Positions 9,545 to 19,255 are shown, numbered from the stretch's first letter. The stretch: 63,753 nt of DNA from an uncultured Bacilli bacterium (GCA_947629255.1 CANRDF010000003.1:1-63753), one strand, 5' to 3'. The notes: generated from the sequence alone by a model not told the origin. Program-made: numbers and translations.

Positions 9545-9805
9545 TTAAAAGAAAATCAACCTTTTCCCATTTTTTAAGCCAGACTCTTTCACTGATACTT
9601 CTGGATCATAAAAAATATTTTGTTCACAATCATATAACGCATTTTGAAGGTCTAAAGGAAACACATCATTACTTATTTCATGAATAGAACGAGCAATCAT
9701 ACAAATAACATCTACAATTTTTTTGTTTGGTGGTAAAAATACTTCAAATTCTTGATCTAACTTAATAACATAAATGGAAACAAAAATTTTATTCATTTTC
9801 TTCAC
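9545..9805 (-). CDS. esaB: EsaB/YukD-like ubiquitin-fold T7SS protein
   Basis: It is 86 aa long and overlaps the essC stop by 17 nt. Size and position match EsaB/YukD. The sequence call itself is weak. Confidence 0.55.
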   Translation of the reverse strand: MKKMNKIFVSIYVIKLDQEFEVFLPPNKKIVDVICMIARSIHEISNDVFPLDLQNALYDCEQNIFYDPEVSVKESGLKNGKRLIFF

Positions 9806-12800
9806 CTTCTAACAATTTAACTAAAGTTGGACTACCATTACGAACCACATAACCATATTCTAATGAAATTTCATCGTAACAATATTTCGGTGTCTTTGAT
9901 AGTTTCAAAACAAATTGATCTGTAATTCCATTTCCAACCCATATACCTTGATTATTCATAACATAGTCTCGATACCAAGATTCCATTTCATACTTTTTAA
10001 GAACATAGCTAGCATCGAAAAGAACAAGATTAAATTTTTCTAAATCATGGCCAATTTGTAACATATGTTCAAAGTCTTCTTTCCGTTTTTTAATAATTTC
10101 TAAGAATTCTTCTATACCATACACAACCAAAGTTAAATGAGTATATTTTTCTTTTCGAGCTTCATCTTTTTGATTAGATTCATAATCTTTCTCTAATTTT
10201 TCTAAATAGTCATACGCATATTGAAAAACATCTTGAATTTTTTTAGTATAGTAATATTTAGTATGAACCTTTTTTGCATCTAAATGAGCCTCACTATCAA
10301 GAACGAATACAGAGTGATTTGATAAATGCTCAAAAGAATCTATAAGTCCATAAGTAAAAGATTGCAGAGATTCGAACTCCTGAGCAGTAACAATTTGAAT
10401 AAGCCGGGATTGAAAATTGAAACGCGCGAGCTCAAGAGTATCTTTAGCAACTCCTACCACAAGTTGATCTAGCGTATTATATGGAACAGAAAGACTTGAA
10501 TAATAAACATTGTCAGGTAAAACAGGAATTCTTTTTGCATATGTTTTATAATACTGTTTTAATTTCAAACACAAATTAGGAACCACTTCAACAACTTTCT
10601 CTTTTTCACAAATATGGGCAGTTTGAAATTCATAAACTTCCCCTCGAATTCGAGTAATCCCTCGTCCAAATTTTTTAGAAGGATAATTTTTTTGAACATT
10701 TCCCAAAATATTTGCATATTCATCTTCATTATTAAGTTGTAAAGAATAAATAGACTTAAAGTTTTGAAATAATTTAATTCTTACACTATTAGAATTAAGA
10801 ACACTAATCAAAAAGTAAATCCCATATTTTGTCGCTTCTCTAGTAATAGAAACAAGTTCTTCTTCAAAATTTTCAAATAATTCTTTAAAGTTCTCGTAAT
10901 TATTTAGGATAACTACAATATTAGGTTCTTTTTTTTCATTCTTAGCATTGTAACTTTCAAACGTTCCTCCAAAATTCATAAATTTAGATTTACGAATTTG
11001 AATTATCTCATTTAACATTTTAAATAAATTAGTCACTTTCTCTGTATCGGATGAAAAAACAACATCTCCAACATGAGGAGCATCAAGAAACATTTTTAAG
11101 GTTTCTGCCCCAAAATCCATAATATAAAATTGAATTTCATCTGGAGTATGATGCAATATCGAAGAAGTAATAAAGGTAGTAATAAAGTTTTCTTTCCCAC
11201 TTCCACTTGCACCATATAATAAAACATTACCTTCCTTTGTCATTGGAAGAGTAAGTAATGCTTGACTTTGCGTAGACGGTGAATCATACTCTCCAATAAT
11301 TTCATCAATAATATATGGCAAACTTTTATAATGATATTTCTTTTCTAATTCTGTCGTCGTAATAAATTCTGGAATAGGAGGCAACCACAAAGGTTCTATT
11401 TGAATTTGCTCTTTCTGAGCCAAATCAGAAATATACTTTAAAACAGCTGGAAGTTCTTCTCCTTTAAAACTCGCTTTTGCAGTTGCATCTTCTTGTTCCA
11501 CTGTTTTAATAATCTTACCAACATTGTCCACAAAATCAATAGATGAATCTATTTTTGCTTTTCTTTCTTTCATCTCATAATATGGAGCTCCTGTCCAAGC
11601 AGATTGTCCCATAGCAAAGAACTCATTATATCCAACTTGTAAATAAAACCGACCAACTGTTGATAAAGAAGCAGCATCAGGCACTTTAATCATATCCATA
11701 CTATCACTACGATCTTGAACCTTTAAACATACCCGAAATTTAGAATTGCTCCATATTTGAGCATCCACAACACCACTAGGTTTTTGAGTAGCCAAAATTA
11801 AATGGACTCCTAATGATCTTCCGATTCTCGCTGTAGATATCAGTTGGGTCATAAATTCAGGTTGTTGACTTTTAAGTTCAGCAAATTCATCACTAATAAT
11901 GAAAAGATGCGGAATTGGCGTTTTTACAAGTCCTTGATGATAAAGTTTCTGATATTTATAAATATTAATAGTACTTTCATTTGTTTGTTCCCTTGCTTCG
12001 TTAAATAGCCTTTGTCTTCTTTTTAATTCACTCTCAATAGATGCTAAACTTCTTTTAATTTCGACTGTATCTAAATTCGTGATCGTACCAGCTAAATGTG
12101 GAAGTTTAATACCAAGCTCTTTATTTTCAAATGCACCAGCAAGTCCACCACCTTTATAATCGATTAATACAAAAGAAACATCATCTGGATGATAATTTAA
12201 AGCCATTGATAAAATATAGGTAATAATAAATTCAGATTTACCAGAACCAGTCATACCAGCTACTAATCCATGGGGCCCATGAGCCTTTTCATGTAAATCC
12301 AAAACAAACAAACCACCATTTTGATTAATACCAACTGGAGCCTGTAAAGTTTCATAAGAATGATTGGTCTTCCAACGATTCAAAGCATTTAATTGTTCCA
12401 CATTTCCTACATTATACATTTCCAAAAAACTTACATTATCAGGAATACTTCCCTGTTTTTTCGTAAATTCAATAGGTATATTGCAAATTGCTTGAAAAAT
12501 TGGATTCAATGAAACATTCAAAAATTCAGCTTGAAAAACTTGTTGTCGATCGGTTGCAAGTTCATTTTCAATCATACCAGATTGATTGGCATCTACATTA
12601 ATAAAAGAATTACATTCATTAGGAAGCCCCATTAATCTTTGATTAATAATAAGAAAACTAAAACCATAATTTACTTTTGATTTTAATACATTTTTGACAA
12701 AATCAAAATCTCGAATACTTTCAAAATTATCTGTAATAATCACATAATAAGGCAAAAAGTTTGTATAATCTTTATTGTTAAGTTTGCCACTATCTTGATC

Positions 12801-14351
12801 AATAAAACGATTTTCGAATTCTTCATTTAACTTAGCACAGACAGAAAAAATCTCCTCTTTTGTCTCTCCATAATACCGAAATGTTCTTTCATTATTCCAT
12901 AAATAAGGAAGTTTTTTTAAATTTTTCCATTTATAGCTCGAGTCTTTATCAGTAAGAATCACAAATTTTACATCTTCATAACTATGGAAAGCAATAAATT
13001 GTAACAATATAGTATTTAAAAAAGACGGAATTAATTCAAAATTTCCTAAAATTGCACAAACATTTTTTTGAACAAAAGACACATTGATAGGAACATTTTT
13101 TAACATTCTTGGCTCTTTCGTCATTTGAAATACTTCTTTTCTTAAATTATCATTATCTAAAGAAAAATGTTCCTCAGGAAAATTCACTTTAATTTTTGCT
13201 GGAATTTCTCCAATCCCAATATGAGCCGTTAAAAAGTCATCGTGATCTATCTTTCTCTCCCAGAGATTTCTTCGATGATGAAGTATAATATCCATACATT
13301 GTTCTAGAGAAACGCTATTAGCATTTAAAGATTGTTGTTGTTCTTCTATAATTCGATAAATTTCTTGTTTTTTCATCGCTAAATATTCCATATATTTTTC
13401 CTGACGTAATTGTTCATTTTTTAAAGTTTGCTTTTTTTGATAACGTCTAGTCAAAATAGGAATACAAAGCATACCAACTAACATAGAAGAACCAAGAACT
13501 ATACCTGGTAAAGAATTTCTAAGTGTAGTTTCACCTCGAAAAACACCGCTAAGGGAAAGAAATAATGTCACCATCGAACTCATTCCCATAGTTAACATAG
13601 ATCCCATTTGAAGTAAAAAAGGAAGTTCTTCTTTTACCCCACTAGTTGGAGGAGCATCAATAGTTATGGATACTTCTGATATCACATTTCGAAATCTTGG
13701 AGAACGATAAAAATAATCTTTTTTTTCATAAATACTTTCAATATCTAATTGATTATCAACTGATTCTTTTAAAGTAGGAATAGGAAGACTTGTAATTTGT
13801 GACTGAACAATTTTTCTCTTATCATTAGGATTATCAATTGCAAAATAAGAACCAAGTACATAAATATTTAAGCCATTTATAAAAATATGATCTCCAGATT
13901 CCAACAACTTTCCTGATGTTAATATTTGATTAACATATACAGGATTCTGAGCATTACTACATTGCATAATCCAAGAATTATTTTTTTTAGCAAATAAAAC
14001 TTTGTCTTGATAATCACTATAAACGATATCAGCATCAGAATTTCCTACGCTAAATTTATCTAAAGATTGAAATAAAAAAATTTCTAAAGTAGAATTATAC
14101 AATGGTAACGTATATAAAACAACATTTTTATTTTTATAAGATACAGAATAAAAATGAAAAAACTCTAAAATAATTTTTTCTGATTGTTGATTCAAATATA
14201 CCCAATGTCCATCTGACGCAAAAATATTCAAAATATTTTTTTTGACTTCTGATTCATCATAAGCTTGTACCCAATAATTTCCATCTATGACATTTGGTAA
14301 GGAGTAGATTTGATAGGAATTTGCTGATTCAAAAAAAATTAGTAATTTCAT
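9789..14351 (-). CDS. essC: T7SS FtsK/SpoIIIE-family ATPase EssC
   Basis: It is 1520 aa with an N-terminal FHA-like region and two TM segments (aa ~240-300). The P-loops are 'GMTGSGKSEF' and 'GASGSGKENF', and 'FIISDEFAEL' is a Walker B. Confidence 0.92.
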   Translation of the reverse strand: MKLLIFFESANSYQIYSLPNVIDGNYWVQAYDESEVKKNILNIFASDGHWVYLNQQSEKIILEFFHFYSVSYKNKNVVLYTLPLYNSTLEIFLFQSLDKFSVGNSDADIVYSDYQDKVLFAKKNNSWIMQCSNAQNPVYVNQILTSGKLLESGDHIFINGLNIYVLGSYFAIDNPNDKRKIVQSQITSLPIPTLKESVDNQLDIESIYEKKDYFYRSPRFRNVISEVSITIDAPPTSGVKEELPFLLQMGSMLTMGMSSMVTLFLSLSGVFRGETTLRNSLPGIVLGSSMLVGMLCIPILTRRYQKKQTLKNEQLRQEKYMEYLAMKKQEIYRIIEEQQQSLNANSVSLEQCMDIILHHRRNLWERKIDHDDFLTAHIGIGEIPAKIKVNFPEEHFSLDNDNLRKEVFQMTKEPRMLKNVPINVSFVQKNVCAILGNFELIPSFLNTILLQFIAFHSYEDVKFVILTDKDSSYKWKNLKKLPYLWNNERTFRYYGETKEEIFSVCAKLNEEFENRFIDQDSGKLNNKDYTNFLPYYVIITDNFESIRDFDFVKNVLKSKVNYGFSFLIINQRLMGLPNECNSFINVDANQSGMIENELATDRQQVFQAEFLNVSLNPIFQAICNIPIEFTKKQGSIPDNVSFLEMYNVGNVEQLNALNRWKTNHSYETLQAPVGINQNGGLFVLDLHEKAHGPHGLVAGMTGSGKSEFIITYILSMALNYHPDDVSFVLIDYKGGGLAGAFENKELGIKLPHLAGTITNLDTVEIKRSLASIESELKRRQRLFNEAREQTNESTINIYKYQKLYHQGLVKTPIPHLFIISDEFAELKSQQPEFMTQLISTARIGRSLGVHLILATQKPSGVVDAQIWSNSKFRVCLKVQDRSDSMDMIKVPDAASLSTVGRFYLQVGYNEFFAMGQSAWTGAPYYEMKERKAKIDSSIDFVDNVGKIIKTVEQEDATAKASFKGEELPAVLKYISDLAQKEQIQIEPLWLPPIPEFITTTELEKKYHYKSLPYIIDEIIGEYDSPSTQSQALLTLPMTKEGNVLLYGASGSGKENFITTFITSSILHHTPDEIQFYIMDFGAETLKMFLDAPHVGDVVFSSDTEKVTNLFKMLNEIIQIRKSKFMNFGGTFESYNAKNEKKEPNIVVILNNYENFKELFENFEEELVSITREATKYGIYFLISVLNSNSVRIKLFQNFKSIYSLQLNNEDEYANILGNVQKNYPSKKFGRGITRIRGEVYEFQTAHICEKEKVVEVVPNLCLKLKQYYKTYAKRIPVLPDNVYYSSLSVPYNTLDQLVVGVAKDTLELARFNFQSRLIQIVTAQEFESLQSFTYGLIDSFEHLSNHSVFVLDSEAHLDAKKVHTKYYYTKKIQDVFQYAYDYLEKLEKDYESNQKDEARKEKYTHLTLVVYGIEEFLEIIKKRKEDFEHMLQIGHDLEKFNLVLFDASYVLKKYEMESWYRDYVMNNQGIWVGNGITDQFVLKLSKTPKYCYDEISLEYGYVVRNGSPTLVKLLEGEENE

Positions 14352-14413
14352 CTAACCCACTTCCTTTATTCTTAAAAAGAATTATAGCATAAAAAAAGAA
14401 GAAAGAAAAGAAA

Positions 14414-14436
14414 AAATAACCTTTGAAAGGTTATCT
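14414..14436. repeat. target-site duplication, left copy (AAATAACCTTTGAAAGGTTATCT)
   Basis: An identical 23-mer recurs at 16104..16126, immediately outside the IS inverted repeats. The 23-mer itself contains the hairpin ATAACCTTT/AAAGGTTAT. Confidence 0.85.
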
Positions 14437-15944
14437 CAGATTGTTGACAAAAGCGGTATATTCAAAAAGAGTATATCTCTTTTTTTCATATTTTGAAAAA
14501 AAATTGTTAATTTTGAAAAAATCAGTGAAATAATGGCCTTTTTTGGATGACTTTTCCATCTCCAATTTGCCATTTTCTTTAAATTATGACATGCAAAAAT
14601 CATCGTGGAATTCTGTTCATTTTTGAGTAATCCACGAACTCTAGTAAATCGAAGACCATGTTGTTCCTTACAATCTCCAAATGTTCTTTCGATTGTTTCT
14701 TTTCGTAAAGGATAATTTTCTTTCCAAAGTTTGGTGTATCTCATTTCATTGGCTTGTTCTTTATACTCTTCCCATATATGTCGAGTGACTACTTTTTGAC
14801 AGTTTTTACTTTTGGTACATCGTTCTCTGAATGGACAATCTTTACATTTCTCTGGATCTGATTTATATTGCTTATATCCTTTTTTATCTGTTGTTGTATA
14901 CGTTAATATTTCATTATTTGGACAAATATAACAATCGTAATATTCATCATATACATATTCATTTTTTTTAAATAAGCCTTTTCCTGTCATTGGTCTTTTA
15001 TATGGCATTAAGGGAATGTGACCTGACAAAATGATTTCTCTACATATCGCTGGATTGATATATCCTGCATCTAAACAAACATTTTTTATTTGATCTTTAT
15101 ATTTCTGATTTAAAAGATGATATGCTTTAAAAAATGCTACACTGTCATGTATGTTTCCTGCTGTTGTCGTTTTTGCTAATACAAATCCATTTTTATCACA
15201 AAACGTTTGATGAGTATAAGCAAAACATTTTTCTTTTTCTCCTTTATGATAACATCCACTTTCTGGATCAGTTATACTTTCTTTAATGTGTTTTGTTTCT
15301 ATGTTTTCAATCACTTCTCCTGTTTCTTCATCAAACATGATTTCTGTCTTTTCTATATTTTTAAGTGGCTTTTTCCCATTCTTTTCTCTATCTTCATTGA
15401 TTTCTTTTAACATGGCATCTTCATATACTTTTTTTACGATTTCTACTTCTACATCTTTGTGTTTATTCTTATTTGCATTTGCTTTTTGATGTGTTCCATC
15501 TCCGAATACGGTTTCCATATCTATAAATCCATATTCCATCGCTTGATTTAAAATCTTATCAAATATTTCATTAAACACATCACTGTCTTTATATCTTCTT
15601 ATATAATTTTGACTCCATGTTGAATAATTTGGAATATCATCATATATTGATAATCCTAAAAACCATCGATAAGCTATATTTACCTTACATTCTTCACATG
15701 TTCTTCTCATGGAATTGATTCCAAATATAATATTTATAAAGATGAGCTTAAATAGTACGACTGGTGGAACACTTGGTCTTCCTCCTATACTGTATAAATC
15801 TTTTACTAGATCTTCTATAAATCTAAAATCCATACAGTGATCTAATTTCCTTACTAAATGCTCCTTGGGTACTAATTCTTCTATCGTACTTAATATTATA
15901 CAATCATTTTTATGTATTTGTTTGGTCATTGCCATTTGCTTCAA
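14436..15944 (-). CDS. DDE transposase (IS1182-like, InsH-type N-terminus)
   Basis: 'LVPKEHLVRKLD', 'GRPSVPPVVLFKL..YRWFLGL', a Cys-rich 'CKDCPFRERC' and the C-terminal 'ERTFGDCKEQHGLRFTRVRGL..NLKKMA'. The last base of the TGA stop comes from the flanking target DNA. Confidence 0.85.
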   Translation of the reverse strand: MKQMAMTKQIHKNDCIILSTIEELVPKEHLVRKLDHCMDFRFIEDLVKDLYSIGGRPSVPPVVLFKLIFINIIFGINSMRRTCEECKVNIAYRWFLGLSIYDDIPNYSTWSQNYIRRYKDSDVFNEIFDKILNQAMEYGFIDMETVFGDGTHQKANANKNKHKDVEVEIVKKVYEDAMLKEINEDREKNGKKPLKNIEKTEIMFDEETGEVIENIETKHIKESITDPESGCYHKGEKEKCFAYTHQTFCDKNGFVLAKTTTAGNIHDSVAFFKAYHLLNQKYKDQIKNVCLDAGYINPAICREIILSGHIPLMPYKRPMTGKGLFKKNEYVYDEYYDCYICPNNEILTYTTTDKKGYKQYKSDPEKCKDCPFRERCTKSKNCQKVVTRHIWEEYKEQANEMRYTKLWKENYPLRKETIERTFGDCKEQHGLRFTRVRGLLKNEQNSTMIFACHNLKKMANWRWKSHPKKAIISLIFSKLTIFFQNMKKRDILFLNIPLLSTI

Positions 15945-16103
15945 CTCCTATTCTAACCATCCTTATTATCTCATATTTGCATGAAAAAAGCGAGATTTTG
16001 CAATGACTTTTTTGGTTAAAATAGGAGTCATTTTTCTCGCCAATTTCATTATAATACTTTTTTTCATAAAAAAAAGACTATTGACCTTTTTGTCAACAGC
16101 CTG
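14437..16103 (-). mobile_element. IS1182/IS5-superfamily insertion sequence
   Basis: The terminal inverted repeats are CAGATTGTTGACAAAAG (left) and CAGGCTGTTGACAAAAAG (right, reverse complement). The element has a single transposase ORF and is flanked by a 23-bp direct repeat. Confidence 0.85.
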
Positions 16104-16126
16104 AAATAACCTTTGAAAGGTTATCT
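16104..16126. repeat. target-site duplication, right copy
   Basis: Identical to 14414..14436. It overlaps the stop codon of the tandem-WXG gene by 1 nt. Confidence 0.85.
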
Positions 16127-16788
16127 TAAGCTCCTCTATCTGCACTTTGAGCTGCCATAGCAGCAGCATTAATGTTGCTAATACAAATATCTAAATTACT
16201 ATATATTTTTGTCATATTCGTATCAGCAGTATTTGTTAAAGTATTTTTAGCAGATTCTGCTGCATCACCATCCCAAATACCTTCCCCACTATTTAACCGA
16301 TTAATAGTAGTTAATAAATTTACTTTAACTCCATCTAATTTTTCTTTGATTTGTTTCAAAGAAGTACCAATGTTACTGATAACTTCATAATCATAAGTAA
16401 CAATTTCCTTATTAATGTTTTCAGCAGCCATTTGACTTAATTGATTAAAACTCAATTCTCCAAAAGATTGAGATACATTGGTATCAAAACCCAAATTAGA
16501 AACTTCTAGCCCAGCTACACTTTTTGCTACTTCATTCATAGTTTGAGCAAAAGCATCTCCAAACTCATTAGAAAAAGCAACTAAAGCATTATGAGTTTCC
16601 ATAAAATTTTGATAGTTTTGATATGCAGCTGCTCCAGTCCAAACTTGAGGTTTAACAAGTTCTGACACTAATTCATTAAATTTTCTAACACAACTTGCAA
16701 CACTATCTTCTTCCCCACTAATAATTTTGATTAAACTATTAGACCAATTTTTTACTGAATCAGGATTGTAAACAAAAGCCATACTCAT
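16126..16788 (-). CDS. tandem (fused) WXG100-family protein, EsxA-like, 220 aa
   Basis: Two W-x-G hairpin motifs occur in one chain: 'VWTGAAAY' (aa ~49) and 'IWDGDAAE' (aa ~163). The C-terminal 'YSNLD' fits the YxxxD/E pattern. Confidence 0.75.
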   Translation of the reverse strand: MSMAFVYNPDSVKNWSNSLIKIISGEEDSVASCVRKFNELVSELVKPQVWTGAAAYQNYQNFMETHNALVAFSNEFGDAFAQTMNEVAKSVAGLEVSNLGFDTNVSQSFGELSFNQLSQMAAENINKEIVTYDYEVISNIGTSLKQIKEKLDGVKVNLLTTINRLNSGEGIWDGDAAESAKNTLTNTADTNMTKIYSNLDICISNINAAAMAAQSADRGA

Positions 16789-16891
16789 TCCTCCTTTAAC
16801 TTTGTACGCTTATACTTACATATTAACTGTAACACAAAAAACAGGAAAAGAAAAAAGAAATAAACTAATTTTACACTTTTTTACATTTAAT

Positions 16892-18445
16892 TTATTTCTT
16901 TAAAGCTTTAATTTCTTCTAATTTCTTTGGAATATCAATTCTTTGAAATAATGGACTTGGTTCAGCAACCTCGTAAACTAAATCTTCTCTAAAAGTCGAA
17001 TCTTTTTCAGTTGTTCCCAGTTGTCTTAAAATTTCTACACTTGTATCAGGTAAGAAAGGTGCAATTTCTAAAGCACTCATCCGAATAACTTCTAACAAAT
17101 GATACATTACGGTTTCAAGTCGGTTTCTATTTTCTTCTTCTTTTGCTAAAGCCCAAGGCATCGTATCATCAATATATTTATTGCATTTTCTTAACATTTC
17201 AAAAATCTCATCTAAAGCAGAACCGATTTCCAAACGTTCCATCTTTTCATCCACTCTTTGGGATAAACTTTGAGCTGATTTAAGTAAATCATCATCTAAA
17301 CTTTCTAAATCTTTTGTATATTTAACAGTTCCATCAAAATACTTCCGAACCATAGAAATTGTTCGATTGACTAAATTTCCTAAAACATTCGCTAAATCAC
17401 TATTGATACGTTCCATAATAAGTTCATAGGTAATCGTTCCATCATTTTGAAAAGGAATTTCATGTAATACATAATAACGAATCGCATCTACCCCAAAAAG
17501 TTCAACCAAATCATCCGCATACATAATATTACCTTTGCTCTTACTCATTTTATCTGTCCCAAATAAAAGCCAAGGATGACCAAAAACCTGCTTAGGAAGT
17601 TCCACACCTAAAGCCATCAAAATAATAGGCCAATAAATCGTATGAAAACGAATAATATCTTTTCCAATCAAATGTAAGTCACAAGGCCACCATTTCTTAA
17701 ACTCCTCGTTCCCACCATCCACATCATAACCAATATTGGTAATATAATTAGATAAAGCATCAATCCAAACATAAACAACATGTTTATCATTAAAAGGAAC
17801 TTTAACTCCCCAATCAAAAGTTGTACGAGAAACACACAAATCCTGTAAACCAGGCTCTAAGAAATTATGAATCATTTCATTCTTACGAGATTCTGGTTGA
17901 ATAAAAGAAGGATGACTTTCAATATAATCAATGAGTTGTTTTTGATATTTAGAAAGCTTAAAGAAATAAGCTTCCTCACTTCTTTTCTCTACTTCTCTAC
18001 CACAATCAGGACACTTTCCATCAACAAGTTGAGTCTCTGTCCAAAAAGATTCACAAGGAGTACAATAAAGTCCTTCATATTGTCCTAAATAAATATCACC
18101 TTGCTGATATAACTTTTCAAAAATCCGACCAACAACTTCCTTATGATGAGCATCTGTAGTTCTAACAAATTTATCATAACTAGTATTCATAATATCCCAA
18201 ATTCTTTTTATTTCCCGGGAAATATTATCTACGTACTCTTGAGGTTCTAGTCCCGCTTCTCTTGCTTTTAACTCAATCTTCTCTCCATGTTCATCTGTTC
18301 CAGTTTGAAAATAAACATCATATCCACGACTTCTTTTATACCTTGCAATCGCATCTGCAAGAACAATCTCATAAGTATTTCCTATATGAGGTTTAGAAGA
18401 AGCATAAGCGATAGCTGTTGTAATGTAATATTTTTCTTTTTCCAT
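16892..18445 (-). CDS. metG: methionine--tRNA ligase
   Basis: 'AYASSKPHIGN' (HIGH), 'KMSKSKGN' (KMSKS) and the CPxC..CPDC zinc knuckle. I trimmed the start to MEKEKYY (Met27), because the longer ORF runs into the T-box leader. Confidence 0.95.
   Translation of the reverse strand: MEKEKYYITTAIAYASSKPHIGNTYEIVLADAIARYKRSRGYDVYFQTGTDEHGEKIELKAREAGLEPQEYVDNISREIKRIWDIMNTSYDKFVRTTDAHHKEVVGRIFEKLYQQGDIYLGQYEGLYCTPCESFWTETQLVDGKCPDCGREVEKRSEEAYFFKLSKYQKQLIDYIESHPSFIQPESRKNEMIHNFLEPGLQDLCVSRTTFDWGVKVPFNDKHVVYVWIDALSNYITNIGYDVDGGNEEFKKWWPCDLHLIGKDIIRFHTIYWPIILMALGVELPKQVFGHPWLLFGTDKMSKSKGNIMYADDLVELFGVDAIRYYVLHEIPFQNDGTITYELIMERINSDLANVLGNLVNRTISMVRKYFDGTVKYTKDLESLDDDLLKSAQSLSQRVDEKMERLEIGSALDEIFEMLRKCNKYIDDTMPWALAKEEENRNRLETVMYHLLEVIRMSALEIAPFLPDTSVEILRQLGTTEKDSTFREDLVYEVAEPSPLFQRIDIPKKLEEIKALKK
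18210..18223. promoter_or_regulatory. perfect Noc-binding-site (NBS) palindrome ATTTCCCGGGAAAT
   Basis: Exact 14/14 match to the B. subtilis NBS consensus. It lies inside the metG CDS. Confidence 0.6.
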
Positions 18446-18680
18446 ATCTTTCACCTTTCCATCCAAAGAAAAAAGCCATGAACGAAAGGACGGAATATGA
18501 TCCGTGGTACCACCTTTCTTCATGACTTACCATGCACTCATTTACTTTAACGGGTAATCCGGTTCAACTCCAGAGCCATCTTCTATAAAAATCTTTTATT
18601 TGCTTTCACCATCCACAAACTCTCTAAAAAAAGATACTTTATATACTCTTTCCTTCGTCATTGAATACCCTAATTCTACC
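18446..18680 (-). promoter_or_regulatory. T-box leader (tRNA-sensing riboswitch) of metG
   Basis: The minus strand reads 'GAAAGGTGGTACCACGG' at 18504..18520, matching the conserved T-box sequence. AGAGAG and GGTGAAAGC Stem-I-type elements lie upstream, with a terminator/antiterminator helix downstream. The outer boundaries are approximate. Confidence 0.75.
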
Positions 18681-18686
18681 ATAAAA

Positions 18687-19214
18687 CTAAAGAATGTCAA
18701 TTTTATTTCCAATAATTTTAATAAAAAATTGAACAAAATTCTTCATATAAGATAAAAATGGTTGGTCACTTACCAAAACAACAAATCCAATCACATCACT
18801 AGAAACCAAAATAGGCGCGACAAAAAAATACCCATTAAGCTCTACATCTTCAAAAAAAGACTCCATTACCATTGATTCATAAGTCGTTCTTTCATCTAAC
18901 AACTTTGCGAATTTATCATTGAGTTCATGATTTAAAATTGCATCGATACTAGACGCCAATACTCTTTCTCTATCGGTAACAAAAATATTCAAGTTCATCT
19001 CCGTATGAGCAAGTTCACAAAGTCTTGCCACTAAATCATGAAATACAAGTAATCTCGAATGTTTTTGTAAATAAATACCTTGGTTATCAACAAATATTTC
19101 TAAATCTTCACCATCTTTAATTCCTAAAGACCTTCGTATCTCTTTTGGCAAAACAATTCGCCCAAGTTCATCAATTTTACGTATAATACCTGTTTCTTTC
19201 ACAAAAAATTCCAC
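18687..19214 (-). CDS. spoVT: AbrB/SpoVT-family regulator (stage V sporulation protein T-like)
   Basis: The N-terminal 'GIIRKIDELGRIVLPKEIRRSLGI..GEDLEIF' is a SpoVT/AbrB swapped-hairpin domain, followed by a GAF-like C-terminus. It is 175 aa and sits downstream of mfd, as in Bacillus. Confidence 0.8.
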   Translation of the reverse strand: MEFFVKETGIIRKIDELGRIVLPKEIRRSLGIKDGEDLEIFVDNQGIYLQKHSRLLVFHDLVARLCELAHTEMNLNIFVTDRERVLASSIDAILNHELNDKFAKLLDERTTYESMVMESFFEDVELNGYFFVAPILVSSDVIGFVVLVSDQPFLSYMKNFVQFFIKIIGNKIDIL

Positions 19215-19255
19215 TCCATTTCTCTACTACCTAGTTTGGAGTGGAATCATAAATT

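Noticed and set aside
14352-16125. The hypothesis that the IS insertion deleted esaA, essA and essB between the WXG gene and essC.
   Set aside because: The IS is bounded by an intact 23-bp direct repeat of the target hairpin. This is the signature of a simple insertion, not of an IS-mediated deletion.
15966-16169. A 67-aa ORF spanning the right end of the IS and the stop region of the WXG gene.
   Set aside because: It crosses the IS inverted repeat and the target duplication, overlaps a real gene end, and has no RBS or family resemblance.
18446-18523. The N-terminal 26-aa extension of the metG ORF (MKKGGTTDHIPSFRSW...).
   Set aside because: This stretch coincides with the conserved T-box/terminator sequence. 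The canonical MetRS N-terminus and a good RBS occur at the downstream Met at 18445.
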